Virus genome (UHGV): UHGV-1351569
Reading direction: 5' to 3' (one strand)
Source: a virus
Length of the DNA: 64,000 nt
The notes beneath the pieces were generated by a model. That model was not told the DNA's origin. It made no database searches and saw only the letters and a program-made list of their open reading frames with translations. Of this stretch, positions 63,205 to 64,000 are shown piece by piece; within the stretch, counting starts at the first letter, position 1, and every line of letters starts with the position of its first letter. Both the position numbers and the translations under genes were made by a program.

Positions 63205-64000
63205 TTATTTTAACAATGATTTAACTAATGCTTTAAGTTCTTCAATTTCTGATTTAAGTTCCGCAATTTCTGCAGTATGCTCATTGATTGCAGCTGTATT
63301 TAAACCAATTACACCGTTATAGTTCAAACGAAGTAAAGCTTCGCCATCAGGGTCACCTTCAACTAATTCAGGTAAAATAGCTTGAACTTCTTGAGCTATC
63401 AAACCTGCGTTAGGTTCCCATTTCTGATTGCCTTCTTCATCTAGGCCTCGCTTCTGCATATAAGTGTAACCGTTAATTTTAGAAAGCTTCTGAGAAGCAT
63501 TTTCAAATTTAACAAGGTCTTTTTTAACGCGAATATCAGAACGGACATAAACATCACGGACAAACGTTGAATAACTATCATTTGCCTGAACGAGATGCCC
63601 ATGAGAAACGATAGCTCTTCCAGTTTCTGTCCAAAAAGCACCGGTTGAATCCCAAAGCCCAGGATGAGATTGATAGCCTGCTCCCCAGTTTGCAATATGT
63701 ATACCATTGGCAACCATATTGATTCGGCCGTCACCACCATGAACTAATCCAGTATCATTATCACCAATAACAAGACATGGTCCAGTCCACACCGGGTCAC
63801 CACCGCCAGCTGATAGTCTTGCTCCAGTTTGAACCATATTAGGAGCATACAGAACTCCATTGTGGTGGAATTCATAGATAGCTTGCGGATCGCTAGCATT
63901 TTCCTGGTTACCAACACGGATAATAGCCTGAGCCCATTGGTTAGTGGTACGGCGCATACCAAAATCTACGCCTGATACGTATCCTTCGTTAGTAATGACA
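63205..64000 (-). CDS. 37: Long tail fibre distal subunit gp37, C-terminal part (partial; continues beyond the window)
   Basis: Frame stays open to the window edge upstream of the first Met; C-terminus has an intramolecular-chaperone-like motif ([10 protein letters not shown]...) and terminal coiled coil. Confidence 0.8.
   Translation of the reverse strand, partial: VITNEGYVSGVDFGMRRTTNQWAQAIIRVGNQENASDPQAIYEFHHNGVLYAPNMVQTGARLSAGGGDPVWTGPCLVIGDNDTGLVHGGDGRINMVANGIHIANWGAGYQSHPGLWDSTGAFWTETGRAIVSHGHLVQANDSYSTFVRDVYVRSDIRVKKDLVKFENASQKLSKINGYTYMQKRGLDEEGNQKWEPNAGLIAQEVQAILPELVEGDPDGEALLRLNYNGVIGLNTAAINEHTAEIAELKSEIEELKALVKSLLK

Noticed and set aside
63441-63962. - strand alternate-frame ORFs (99 and 72 aa)
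   Set aside because: Overlap the gp37 frame, which carries recognisable fibre and chaperone motifs.
1-64000. tRNA, rRNA, integrase or transposase genes
   Set aside because: No cloverleaf-like conserved tRNA segments and no recombinase or transposase motifs seen in any frame; the T-even tRNA cluster lies in a different genome region.

Overview
This window is a contiguous stretch of a T-even (T4-like, Tequatrovirus-type) coliphage genome. It covers most of the early/middle region, almost entirely on the + strand, and ends at the start of the late tail-fibre module on the - strand. I recognised the genes by recalling T4 protein sequences, lengths and gene order; no database search was run. In window order: a block of about 11 uncharacterised early genes (the position of T4 nrdC.1-nrdC.11), nrdC, endonuclease VII (49), nrdD split by a group I intron carrying a GIY-YIG homing endonuclease, nrdG, nrdH, 55, alpha-gt, 47, 46, rpbA, 45, 44, 62, regA, 43, imm, 42, a glycosyltransferase, uvsX, 40, 41, dmd, sp, 61, 56, soc, modB/modA, dda, dexA, 39, rIIA, rIIB, denB, ndd, stp, ac, 52, motA, arn, asiA, then t, 38 and the 3' end of 37 on the - strand. 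Several traits are T2/T6-like rather than T4-like: an unsplit 606-aa gene 39 (no gene 60 bypass), a GT-A-fold glycosyltransferase in the beta-gt slot, a glycine-rich adhesin-type gp38, and no segF between 56 and soc. The window is dense with T4-type early promoters (GTTTAC, about 17 bp, TGGTA(Y)TAT/TATAAT), MotA-box middle promoters, TATAAATA late promoters and GGGCTTCGGCCC-type hairpin terminators. I found no rRNA, tRNA, CRISPR array, integrase or transposon. No clearly new multi-gene system stands out; the most interesting candidates are a P-loop ATPase gene split by a frameshift, a tandem array of four coiled-coil-tailed proteins, a nucleotidyltransferase-fold protein, repeated promoter/leader cassettes, and an antisense small membrane-protein gene between 61 and 56. 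CDS coordinates follow the supplied ORF track, with starts moved in-frame where a better RBS/ATG exists; regulatory motif coordinates were read by eye and may be off by 1-2 nt.
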